A stretch of DNA of 63,189 nucleotides, counting the filler, from Saprolegnia diclina VS20 (Eukaryota), in assembly GCF_000281045.1 (NCBI RefSeq). It is 9 parts of 2 records of this genome, joined end to end, with 100 filler letters (N's around TTAATTAATTAA, not from the genome) between each part and the next. Parts side by side here need not be neighbours in the genome. Positions count along the whole stretch, not along the records: positions 6,950 to 15,184 come from NW_008246068.1; positions 15,285 to 28,281 come from NW_008246068.1; 7 more parts are not named here. One strand, given 5' to 3'. Below are positions 11,997 to 23,319 of the stretch, piece after piece. Under the pieces are notes generated by a model. That model saw only the letters and a list, made by a program, of their open reading frames with translations, was not told the DNA's origin and made no database searches. Made by a program: the position numbers and the translations under genes. Every line of letters begins with the position of its first letter. Within the stretch, counting starts at the first letter, position 1.

Positions 11997-13601
11997 ATGG
12001 GGACGCCGGACGAGACCAAGGGACATGGGCCCGAGCGCGAAGACAACCAAGCCGAGGAAGACCACGTCAAGGTCGAGGAGCACGTCGACGGAAGCGAGGC
12101 AAGCGCGCTCCAGCGCATCCGCCCGGACGAGACGTACTCGGGCGCCCAGCTCGCGCTGCTCATCCAGCAAGCCCACGTACGTCTACTAGCTCGCAAGCTA
12201 TCCAACGGTACTAAGGAAGCATGGGCATGTAGCTGGAGGCCGAGCACAAGTGGAAGAAGAAGATGGCGGACGTCATGGAGTCGCATCGTCACGTCCAGAT
12301 CGAGCTCGTGAACGTCCAGACCGAGCGCGAGCTCCTTCTCCAGACGCATGAAGCGACCAAGACAGCGCTCCGTACATGCTCCTCCATGCGTCCTTGGTTT
12401 CATCATATATATCGCTGCGTATAGAAAAGCTCATGCAGTTTGAGGATGAAAAAGCTGCTGCAACCAGCGATACAACGGCACGGGAAGCACTCGTTGTACG
12501 ACCATCGATGGCTCATGCACAGAATTCCTCACCTTACTTGCTGGACTCGCTAGGCAGCGCTCGAGGTCGAGCGCACCGCGCGCGAGACGCTCGCGAACGA
12601 GTGTCTTCAGCTGCGGGAGAAGCGCTTGCAGCTCACGCGACGCATCGCGGTCCTCGAGCACCAGATCGTCAAGTACCAGCAGACTGAGACTGTCCTCGCA
12701 CAGGTTCTTCGGACCCTCGACCGGTGGTGATGGCATCTCATGGGCTGCCTAGTCTATCTCTCATTTTCAGCACCGCGTCGATGCCAAGGAGCACCAGCGG
12801 GCCGAAGACATGGAGCGGCTCAAGGATGAGATTGGCGACGCGACGCGCGCCGAGGTGGACACGATCAAGGCCGAGTACCAGAGCGTACTGAGTGCGCTGA
12901 CCCTTGTCCAGAGCGACGTCAAGGTATCTTCCCACGCTACGCTACGACCAGTGCAAGCGTACGACGCGTAGAAATATCAAGAAGAGAACGAGCGCTTGAC
13001 CACTGAGCTCGAAGACGTCAAACAAAACATCCATAACGACGAAGCGATGACGGAAGGACTGCGTGCGCGCGTCAAGCAGCTCGAGACTGAAAAGGCCGTC
13101 TTGCAAAGCAAGGCCGAGCAGCTCCAGAAAGCGGACGCCTCGCTTGTGCGATGCTCCTGTTTTATCCGATTATGTGGCTCATGTTGAAAGTAGCGCTACC
13201 GTCTCAACGCGGCCGAGCACCGGGCAAAGGAGCTGCAAGCCGAGATCGACGTACTAAAGGTACACTACAGGTTTCCTTCGGAGGAGTCTCAGAGATGCCG
13301 TCACTAGACACAAGACACGCACACACTCAAGCGACGCGTCGACGAGCTCGAGGTACTATATCTTGACCGTCAACCCTACAGAAAGCTCATGCGACGGCAA
13401 CGTGTAGGCAAAGCAAGACGAGCTGCTCATGGAGAATGCCGTACACATTTTACCTCTCAGCAAACTCGAACGCTCATAGTGTCTGTCTAGCAACTGCAAG
13501 AAAACTACGCTGCTGTCAACAAGATTGCCACCGATCTCATTCAATTGGCCGAAGCGCGAGAGATGGAAGAGCAGACGCTGAAGCGCCAAAAGCCCAATTG
13601 A
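11997..13601 (+). CDS. Multi-exon coiled-coil protein, possibly TACC-like C-terminus
   Basis: Series of short E/K/L/Q-rich heptad exons separated by GT-AG introns; last exon QLQENYAAVNKIATDLIQLAEAREMEEQTLKRQKPN*. Exon boundaries approximate. Confidence 0.6.
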
Positions 13602-13759
13602 GCTGTGTAATAGGAACTGGATATGCGAGTCGTACGTGTCTTGTCGAGGCACCACCTTGTCTCCATCCATCGGTCGACAACACACACGTCCATGGCAAGG
13701 AGAAAGACCCCCACTCCATGTGGGTACTTGAATTGCCGTTGCATGAAATACTCAACAAG

Positions 13760-14848
13760 TCATCGAGCGACCTCGCCACCATACAGCTCAGTGATGGCTT
13801 GGACGTCGCCAGTGCTCAACCGCTGCCGCTGACCGAGTCGTGCAAAGAGGTCTTCTCGAACCGTGTCGCGGTCACCGACACGCGTGATCGGCAGCAGAGT
13901 CTGCAGCTGGTTGATACTAAAGTCGTGGAGACCGTAGTGCATGATCGAGTCGTAGTCTAACTCGATGCGATCGCGTTCCATCTTGAGCGATTTGAGGCGT
14001 ACCGTAGTTGTCGGTTGCCGCCCAGAGGGACACGATGCTGACGTTGGAGCCGTGAAGGAGGATCGATCCCTTGGCAAAGTCCGGGACATGAAGCGGATCG
14101 ATGTTTTCGACGTAGATTTTGACATAGTCGTCGCGGTCGGCGCGCTGGTGTTCGTGGACGAGGCCGACCGTGTGGCCGAGCTCGTGGATGATGTTGCCGA
14201 TCGCGCAGGCGGGCCCGAGGACGAGGGCTTGACCGCCAAATTCGCACGCGCCTGCGACATACCCGAGCGACGCGTAGCAGCCTGCGCCACCTTGAATGTG
14301 GACGTAGTCGCCGCACGGGTCGCAGCACGCAGTCGAATTTGATCGACACGGCAGAAAACGCAGCGGTGTCTGGGCCTCCCAGACCGCCATTGCGCCGTAG
14401 ATTGCTGTCGCGTTCACATCGGGGTCCATTTTGTAGCAAATTTGACCCTACACAGACGCACCGTGAGATCGATTTCAAGTGTACATGGCAACTCTACATT
14501 GGGCCAAAGGGGCGGTGCGCCGGCGTCAAATATCGTTGCGCCGAGGGCGCGGTGGCCTGGTACCTCCAGCGACAAGCGGCGCGGCGTGCCCTTGAGACGC
14601 TGAGGCGCGCAGATCGTCATGCGCTTATCGCCACAGGAAAGCATGCACTCGTCGAGAACACAAGTGCTCGTGGTAGCCACCCCGAATTGCTCGCACACGT
14701 TGGTGATGACGTGGTCCATGTTGCAGATAAGAAAGCAACCCTCAAAGCTGCAGGCCATGGGTACATTGTTGACATGCAGCCGCACAACAGACGCAGACGA
14801 CGCGACGAGCAGCGACGTCGCAAAGAAGCTGCTTCCTTCTCGTCGCAT
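13760..14848 (-). CDS. Secreted astacin-family (M12A) zinc metalloprotease
   Basis: HELGHTVGLVHEHQRADRD zinc motif, DYDSIMHYG Met-turn, spliced WPNGQICY, GQRQRLSTGD; signal-like N-terminus. Confidence 0.9.
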
Positions 14849-15284
14849 CGTGCAGCACTGCGGACCGATTGCTCGCCGCGCGCCATGCCGTTGAAACGTC
14901 GCCAACGCAAAAACATGTGGCGTTGGGCATCCGGATACCATGACGTGGCCTCACGAGACGACCGAAACAGCCCTTGCTTAGTATCGTGTGCTAACTAGAA
15001 CTAGAATGACCCTGGGTACTAGTATCTCGGATGTCGCTACTCGCTTTAAGCAGCAAGAGCAGTCGAACGGTCGACAACATTGTATCAACTTGATACACAT
15101 CAGTGCATCGTCCACGACACGCAAGAGCAAGCGGAAAAAAGACCTTCTTGAGCGCAAATTCTCTATTTGGCGTACTAGTACTAGNNNNNNNNNNNNNNNN
15201 NNNNNNNNNNNNNNNNNNNNNNNNNNNNTTAATTAATTAANNNNNNNNNNNNNNNNNNNNNNNNNNNNNNNNNNNNNNNNNNNN

Positions 15285-16470
15285 TTGGCGCCGTCGGCGA
15301 GAAGAGCGCGGACCGCGTCGAGGTCGCTGGCCTCGGTGGCGAGTAGGAGAGCGGGCACGGGCAGTGCCGGGACGACTTCGTCCAGAATTTGCATACTGCC
15401 AACCGTCTCTGTAGTCTCGATCGTGTCCTTGGCCGTCGTTGTCGCCGTCGTCTTGCTTGTCGGAGCACGTGCGGGTGCGTCGACATGCGTCATTGGCTCC
15501 ACCGATGAACATTGAGCGTGACTGAGCGCATGATGCACCCGGTGGACTTCGTCCAACGTCGGTCGCTGGATCGGAAACGGTACGTACCGGCAGCGCTTGT
15601 CGTCTACGTCATACGCATGAGGTCCCATGCTACCATCACCGTATATGTACGCGGTGTCAGGCCCGTCTTGTTGAAGAAGACCTTGCGGTTGCGCTTGGCA
15701 CAGCCGAGGAAAATGCGTTCGCAGGCGTCGAGGTCACGCTTCCAGTCGCACAGTCGCGTCGAGATCTCTTCTTGGAGGCGGCGCTCGTTGTAGAGGCGGA
15801 GGATCGCACCTTGTGTCGACGCGCACCCGCCGTGAGCCGACTGGCTACCGCCTTGCTTGCGCCGCACCGTGTACCGCTGCAAGGTCTTGGACACGACGAG
15901 CGCGTCACACTGGAAGACGGCACCGGCAAACCGCCCGGCGCGGAAGAGCAGCACAGCCCAGTGATAGCGCATGCCCATCAGCATCGATGGCGTCGCCAGA
16001 AACGGCGTCTTGTCTTTCCGGTCGTACGCGCTAAAGACAGTATTGTACATCGTCACGTGCGACGAACCGTTGGTAAAGGTTGTCGTGGGACAGCGACGAA
16101 CGACCGCGTCATTGTCGTCGCTGCCGTCGCTGTCATCCGACGCCTCGCCGTTTGCCTCAAAGCTGGTGCCGGTGACCGACGCGCGTCCGCGCGCGCGGCG
16201 TCGGACATTGGCCGTGTGCCATGCCGTCTTGAAGTGGGCTTGCTGAGCTGCCACGTCATCAAACACGAGGCCGCAGGCTGCGCACGCTCGGCCCCGGACG
16301 CTCGGCTCCACGATGGCGCCGGGTGACAGCTTTGCATCGGCAGGCGCATCGATTTTGCCCAGAGGTTGCCATTCGAGACGGCGGAGGTCCCAGAGGGCGA
16401 TCGTCGCGGGCTGCTGCTCGCGAGCTCTGGCCCGAGCGACCGTGGTCGGCGTCAAACCGCAGACCGCCAT
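15285..16470 (-). CDS. ANKZF1: Vms1/ANKZF1 paralogue 2 (divergent); 3' end in gap
   Basis: C2H2 finger (CAAC...HFKTAWH), VLRF1 domain (GRFAGAVF, RYTVRRKQGGSQS, VPFPIQRPTLDEV), start of an ankyrin repeat (DLDAVRALLADGA). Confidence 0.82.
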
Positions 16471-16950
16471 TCTGCCAGGTTGCTACTTGAACTCTGCGCT
16501 GTTCGAGTCGACCTCTTTCGCAGCTCGTCGGCTTGCGACGTCGCCGTACCAACCGAACGTGCGAGGAACATTCCATTGTCCGCGACGCAGCGTCCACCGA
16601 CCGCATGACACTATTGTACACAATCGCACGCTGCTGATGACGCCGTGCGGCACCGTCGCGCAAAAAGGGGTAGATGAATACAAGAATATGACAAAAAAAG
16701 GTCGCGCACCAGGCAAATCTGGAACAGCTGAATCTGGGACGACAACCAAAACCTTTTCTGGTGACGCATCTGGTCACCCGTGCGTTGCTCCCCAAGCCAG
16801 ACGCCGATGGACCGCTCATTGCGCCCAGCCTTCTGACCGTTGTCGCTCGAGGAATAGGGTTGCGACATTCGGTCTCGGGACTCGAGTGTGACTCGGCTTG
16901 TTGCTAGGACTGTCGATTCGAGACATGAGTATAAACTATATACGACGTTG

Positions 16951-18743
16951 TTAACTTCCAAACCGCTTCATGGCGGCCATCGCCATGAGCTCGCGCTTGT
17001 GCGCAGTCACACACGTTGTCGAGCAGTACTTGTACGTCAGCCGCAGAAACGNNNNNNNNNNNNNNNNNNNNNNNNNNNNNNNNNNNNNNNNNNNNNNNNN
17101 NNNNNNNNNNNNNNNNNNNNNNNNNNNNNNNNNNNNNNNNNNNNNNNNNNNNNNNNNNNNNNNNNNNNNNNNNNNNNNNNNNNNNNNNNNNNNNNNNNNN
17201 NNNNNNNNNNNNNNNNNNNNNNNNNNNNNNNNNNNNNNNNNNNNNNNNNNNNNNNNNNNNNNNNNNNNNNNNNNNNNNNNNNNNNNNNNNNNNNNNNNNN
17301 NNNNNNNNNNNNNNNNNNNNNNNNNNNNNNNNNNNNNNNNNNNNNNNNNNNNNNNNNNNNNNNNNNNNNNNNNNNNNNNNNNNNNNNNNNNNNNNNNNNN
17401 NNNNNNNNNNNNNNNNNNNNNNNNNNNNNNNNNNNNNNNNNNNNNNNNNNNNNNNNNNNNNNNNNNNNNNNNNNNNNNNNNNNNNNNNNNNNNNNNNNNN
17501 NNNNNNNNNNNNNNNNNNNNNNNNNNNNNNNNNNNNNNNNNNNNNNNNNNNNNNNNNNNNNNNNNNNNNNNNNNNNNNNNNNNNGATGGCGTCGGTTGTT
17601 GGCTGGTCGGACGCCTTTTTCTGTTTCGGTGTTTTGGCCGCCATGGGCTTGGGCTCGTACACGGAGGCGACAAATGGCCCGTAGGAGGCACTGCCGAGGA
17701 CCGAGCGCACGCGGCAGACCTCGTCGTACGTTGGCCGCAGCGTACCGAACGGGACCTTGCGGATGCGAGGGTCATCTAATCGAGGGTAGGATAAGTGGCG
17801 TGCCGATAGCCTCGCGAGACGCACCGGCTTGCAAACCCGTCTTTTCAAAGAAGAGACCGCGCGACGTCTTGGCCGACCCAAGAAAGATGCGCTTGCAGCC
17901 TTGGAGCTCCGTCTTCCAGAGCGTGAGGAGCTCCGAAATGTCCTGCTGGAGCGCCATCTCGTTGTACCGACGCAGCTGCGCCCCCGCCGACTTGGCCTTG
18001 CCGCCGGCGGCGTCGTGCGCCGACTGGCTCCCGCCTTGCTTCCGGCGCGTCGTGTAGCGCTGGAAAGCCTTGTGCACGAGCACCTTGTCCTTCTGGAAGA
18101 CGGCGCCGGCAAACCGACCTGCGCGGAAGAGGAAGACTGCCCATTGGTAGTACGTAGGGTCCGTTGAGAAGCATTGCACCATGTCGGTACTCGCTTGGAA
18201 GGTCGCTTTGTCCTTCTCCGACCACTGCGGAAACGACGCGTTGTAGATCTTGAAGAGCGTCGTGTTGTCCGTGAACGCTTGCAGCGGCTCGCGCTGCAGG
18301 TTGGCGTCGCTGCCTTCATCGTCGCTGTCGTTCTCGTCGCTCGAGATTGAGAGGTCCAGAGGATGCCGGTACACATCCTGCGCCTCGTCCTCGTCGCTGT
18401 CGGCCGCCAATGGCGTCGTCGACGTGGTGGCTTGGGACGCCACAAAGGCGTCGTAGGCGGCTAGCGTCACGCAGTCGAGGCCCTTGGACTTGCGCTTCAA
18501 GTTGTACACATGCAGATCGGTCTTGAAGTGCGCTTGCTGCTCCTTGACGTCCTCAAACTCGAGGCGGCACGTGCCGCAGGTGAGGCCACGGACGTCAAGG
18601 TGGGCACGCACGACCGGCGGCTCGGCCGTCGTCGTCGTCGCCGGCGCCGGGTCTGCGTCGACGGCGCCGTTGAGCGATCGCCACGTCCCGAGGTTGCTGA
18701 GCTCCCAGAGCGGGATGCTGCCGTAGCGCTGCTTGCGTTCCAT
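16951..18743 (-). CDS. ANKZF1: Vms1/ANKZF1 peptidyl-tRNA release / tRNA endonuclease (RQC factor); internal gap
   Basis: C2H2 finger (CGTC...HFKTDLH), VLRF1 RYTTRRKQGGSQSAHD...GAQLRRYNE, VPFGTLRPTYDEV. C-terminal treble-clef/VIM segment YKYCSTTCVTAHKRELMAMAAMKRF lies beyond the gap. Confidence 0.9.
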
Positions 18744-19393
18744 GCTCGTGCTTGAATTCTGCCCACCACCTCGATTTCCCACGTGGAAGCGGTGCGTAAA
18801 CGGTGTGAAAGGTGGTAAATAGAAACCACACAACGACCTTCATTCGCAGTCGCCGCCGAACGTGCTGCGGAATTTCCGTTGACACGCATGCACGCGGTGG
18901 CGCCAAAGGCTGTTCAACACTAACGACCTTGTCGCTTTCAGATACGCTGTTATAGTATCGAGGAGTCCCAGGAGGAGCCCTTAGTTCGTTTAGAGCCAGA
19001 GAAGAATAACAACATGTCTTATGCCACTGCGGAAGAGCAAATACCAACGCGCCAACGGACGCGATGCAGTAGGAGAAGCGAGTCCGCGACGAGCCAACGT
19101 GTAGCTTTACAGTGTATTTTATCCGACATTTCATTGTAGCTTTACAGTGTATTTATCCACCTTTTCATGCCACACGGCCACCTTTGTTGGACGGCTACCG
19201 TTGTTTAGCCTGCTTCTATATAATAGTAGTATCCATCCAGTTCGGCTCAAACGAGAGTGACGCCCTTGAAGCATCTTGTCGGGCCCGCGTCGTCCGCGTC
19301 CAAGGACGGGGCGCACTCCGCTCATGCTCTAGAGAACGACCAACGAGCACTCCACCAACAGTGCCCTCAGTGGAAGCGATACCGACGCATCGC

Positions 19394-20007
19394 ATGGCAT
19401 TGCGCCATGGGATCTGCCCCCAGAGCCAAAGGAACGTGCCCTTCCATTCAACGCACCTTCAACGCGGTCAACACGAGCCCTCGCGCCAGAATGAGCCCGA
19501 CCCAGACGATGTGGCGGAGTATGATTTAGCGTTGGATCAAAGCAAGGGCGACGCTGCATACCGTCACACGCGATGCTTCCTAAAGTGGCACGACGTACTG
19601 GAGCAGCAAGCTATTTATATGGTCGCTTGAACCGCCTCTTGAGCGTACTGAACACGAAGGCGCCGCATGTTCTCGCTCGACGTCAAGCGCATGCAGGAGA
19701 AGCGGCAGCGCCACGACGCGCAGCTGCAAAAGAAGCTCGCGGACGAGTCGCCGTCGACAAAGGAGAAGCGCGTGCATCGGCTGTACGGCAAATCCACGTA
19801 CGAGAACCATGTTATCCATATCGAATTGACGGAATATGGACCAGCGCCGACATGTACGCGGGGTACCACGAGCGCGTTCAAGAATTTGTACAGCAAACGC
19901 CAGCCCATTGGACGACCGACTATGGCATCCACGCCAAGACCATGACCAACCCACTGTATGGACACACACAACCCAATACGATCTTTATGAACAAAACGTG
20001 GGTGTAG
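19394..20007 (+). CDS. Hypothetical multi-exon protein
   Basis: Consecutive coding-like blocks (LDVKRMQEKRQRHDAQLQKKLADE; YAGYHERVQEF...IFMNKTWV*); start uncertain; no family recognised. Confidence 0.35.
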
Positions 20008-20146
20008 GATATGGCCGCGCGACACGACCAAAGAGATGCAGCCCCGCTACATTGATGCAGGGTAGGCTATTCTGTAGACAACTGGTCTACACGAACGTAG
20101 CAACTACGAGGCGCGAGGTCGCAAATTCCGGGGCGGGGGGGAGAAA

Positions 20147-20807
20147 ATGGCGCTGTCGACCGCCCCGCCCGCAACAACAACGTCCCCGTTTCGCACCCCG
20201 ACCGCCGTCGTACGCATGGGATAGATTTCTTTGGTCTGCTGCAACATTTCCAATGTCTTCTAGTTTCACCACGACAAGTATGCCAACCCGATCGAGTCGC
20301 CTTTTCGACTCCGCCACAAACCCAAGGAGATCCAAGCTCCGCTGCGCTACAACACGGTCGTGCGCGACCCTGCGTCCACGGAGCTCGAGTCGGACAAGTT
20401 TGATATGACGTGGACCGAGCCGCCAGTCTTTCCCGAGTGGCGCGACCGGTCGCCGACAAAATGGGTCAGTGGCGACTTTGACTTGACGTTCGCGTCCGGC
20501 ACCACCAAGACCGCAGCTTTCCAAGGCATCGGCTGTGCCCCGCATGGTGCGACGCTCGACAGCACCGAGCCGTACTCGCCCGCGACGCCCGTCATTCTCG
20601 CTGTCCCGACGGTATACTTGTATCCTGTTGTCGAAAATGTATCGACAACGTTTGTACTAGCCCTTTACATCGCGCGCAACGACGGCCCCCGTCCCCGTCG
20701 AGCGACTGTACCTCAACTCGCTCTTGACGGCTGACGGCGGTGCAAGTCTTGTCCGAGCGACCAAGTCGCCAACGTCCCCAACGCCACCGGTTCGAAGGGC
20801 AGAGTAA
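20147..20807 (+). CDS. Hypothetical protein (3 exons)
   Basis: ATG at 20147; introns at about 20210-20263 and 20632-20660 join into one frame ending TAA at 20805-20807; no family recognised. Confidence 0.5.
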
Positions 20808-20852
20808 GAGAAAACGAGCAGCAAGTAGCATAGACGACGAGTGTACACTAAC

Positions 20853-21389
20853 TTAGAGGGAAGAAAAGACAATGAGCTCGACTTCGTAAAACAATTCCGT
20901 GTTGGGGGGCACCACGGGGGGGTACCCGTGCTCCCCGTACCCCATCGACGGCGGAATGCGCAGGCGCGCAATTTGTCCCTTGCTCATCTAGCAATGACGT
21001 GAGACCATACAAGCGCGCCAAAGCTAGCTGCGTACGCGCACGATGGCACTGTCAAGGCCTCGAATGACTTGATTTGCGCCAACCTACTATCGCGCATTCT
21101 CAACACCCTCGTCGCTCGACCAAAGGACCTGGAACTCGTAAGTCCGACCTCGGTTGCGCGTCGAGTCAAAGAGAGTCCCGTCGGGCAGCTACACCGAACA
21201 CATAGCTCGTCGAGTGCATCGCAACACTAGCTACCTTGGCGCTGTAGTGAATGCGGACCGTGTCGCCCGGCCTTGGAAAGTTGACGCCGTCTCTACCGCA
21301 GCATCAAGAAGGTAGACGTAACGGAGGATGCCAGACCCTGGCTTGGCCGTGTCGAGCTCCACTTGCGCTTCGGGCGATGGCTCGGCCAT
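20853..21389 (-). CDS. FKBP12-like peptidyl-prolyl cis-trans isomerase (5 small exons)
   Basis: Manual splicing gives MAEPSPEAQVELDTAKPGDGVNFPRPGDTVRIHYSAKLPDGTLFDSTRNRGRTYEFQVGANQVIRGLDSAIVRMSKGQIARLRIPPSMGYGEHGYPPVVPPNTELFYEVELIVFSSL*, a classic FKBP pattern. Confidence 0.9.
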
Positions 21390-21631
21390 GCGTTGATGGT
21401 GCGACCTTGAAAGATCGGCGCCGTTACGACTAGTGATGCACGTATTTAATGGATGATGGCATTGAGCAACTAATTGTTCGGACGAGTTGTTTCGCCTTGA
21501 TATCTTCCAACCGACTACAAACTCGACCAATATATACTCGATGCACCTAAGAACTGATCCGGCAGATATGAAATGCAAGCTATATTACGCCGCTTGAATA
21601 AGAAGAATTGCGTCCGCTTGGTCAATGTTGC

Positions 21632-22302
21632 TTAAACACTGACGGGCGGCGCCGACGTCTTGGACACTTCGTCGAGCTTGGCGACCTTGGGCGACGAGGG
21701 GCCCATGGGCGCGACCGGCAGCATGTTCTTGTCCGGAAGGTCGCTCAAAGAGCCTTCCTTGATGACCACTGCGCGGTGCTTGATCAAGACGACCGCAAAG
21801 ACGCTCTAGGGCAAACCAGTGACGCTTTGCACACAACCAGACTACGTACGTAGAGCACAAACATAAAGAACGAAAAGACCGCCGAGGCCTCGTCCGAGTG
21901 CACGGGCCCGCGCGGGTTGGCTTCTTCCGTGCCATTGTTGGCGAGGCGTGCAATGTACGCGGCCCCCGAGCAGAGCACGCTCAGCGAGAGCATGTTGAAA
22001 GCCATCATGACGACGACGCCGATAAAGAAGCCGACCGAGAGCGCGGACGCGTACTTGCGCATGACGAGCGTACCGCCAATGGAGAGCGCGATGACGAGGA
22101 ACATCATCCAAATCCCGGCAAAGCCCAAGCTCTTGCTGTACTGGATGCCATCTTGGTTGTTGTTGGCCGCAAAGACGATTGCGCCGAGGCAGAACATGAC
22201 GGCGAAGAAGAGAATGACGAACCAGAGGTACGTGATCACGCCCTTTGGACTCGCGCAGCACGCCTTGGCCTTGGCCTTCATCTGCTCGGCTTGCACGGAC
22301 AT
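21632..22302 (-). CDS. Four-transmembrane membrane protein of unknown function (2 exons)
   Basis: Four hydrophobic helices; intron at about 21807-21850; hydrophilic C-tail ending APPVSV*. Confidence 0.75.
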
Positions 22303-22343
22303 GGCTCAATTGGCAACTGATCGACGCTTGTATCTTTGACGGA

Positions 22344-22387
22344 TCCGGATAAAAGAGTGAAATCCGGATACAGATAGCCTCCGGATA
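22344..22387. promoter_or_regulatory. Triple TCCGGATA candidate promoter element
   Basis: Copies at 22344, 22363 and 22380, 42-85 bp upstream of the ATG at 22302; the same motif lies upstream of several other genes. Confidence 0.5.
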
Positions 22388-23319
22388 CGTATCATACAGT
22401 GGCCCAGTCAACGGGAAACGACACGCTAATGTTCGCGGGGTTTGTGTGCCTGAAGCGGCGGGGGTTTCGACCCCTTTTCCTTCGACTTCTTCGACGACGA
22501 CGACCGCGGAAGGAAGAGCAGTCGGTGCAGTGTATAACCTATGTATATAAACTCGATCTTGTTTTGTGTACCCGACGCAAAACTCGCTGGGTCGTTGTGT
22601 TCAAATGGCAAGGGCGGGGATGCAAGCCCGACGGTTGGCGATCTTGGCCATATTCGAACGCTGGGAAAACCGCTGGCAAAAGGTTCGAATTGGACGTTTG
22701 GTGCGGCAATGCTGGCGGGTCGGGCCGATACAGTGGATCCGGCTCGTTGCAGTGTTCGCGATCGCAGTCTTCGTCGAGCGTGCAGGAGTGTATGGCCGTC
22801 TCGATAGAAGACGGATTCTATGCTGCTGTGCGAGGCAACGATCCCACTTGCGACTGTATATGTCTAGGAAGAGCAGGTTGTTGTTCGATATAAAACAGTG
22901 TATTTAATTCTGTTTGCCAGGTTGTGAACATCATAGGCGTTGGACCTCGGAGGTCAAAGCTTGTTCTTCCTCATCAAATAATGCAGGCATGGGCCGTGCT
23001 GCTATCTCGGTCTCGTTCTCGCCTCTTCCTCGAGAACAACGCACTCGTCATCGGGTCGTTGGAAGGCTCTCTTCTCCAGCGCAAGGATTACTTGGAGCAA
23101 AAATGTATAGAGCAAGCGACCTGAATTAGACTTGTGCGCAAACAACGATGACGCCTTGACCTAGAGAACAAAGCAAATCTGTGCAACGCAGCAGCAGCCA
23201 CGGTGGCTTCCTTCTTCGACGTGTGCCCCTGTCCCAGAAGCCAGGGCCTCGCCGCCTGTGATTGGCTGAAATGCCGAACGGCAATCTGGGAAGATCCACA
23301 CGTGGACGCAGAAGCGAAC

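Noticed and set aside
19100..19154. 20-bp direct repeat TGTAGCTTTACAGTGTATTT
   Set aside because: A single local duplication with no further support for function.
22604..23124. Possible small two-exon membrane protein
   Set aside because: Weak coding signal and no recognisable motif.
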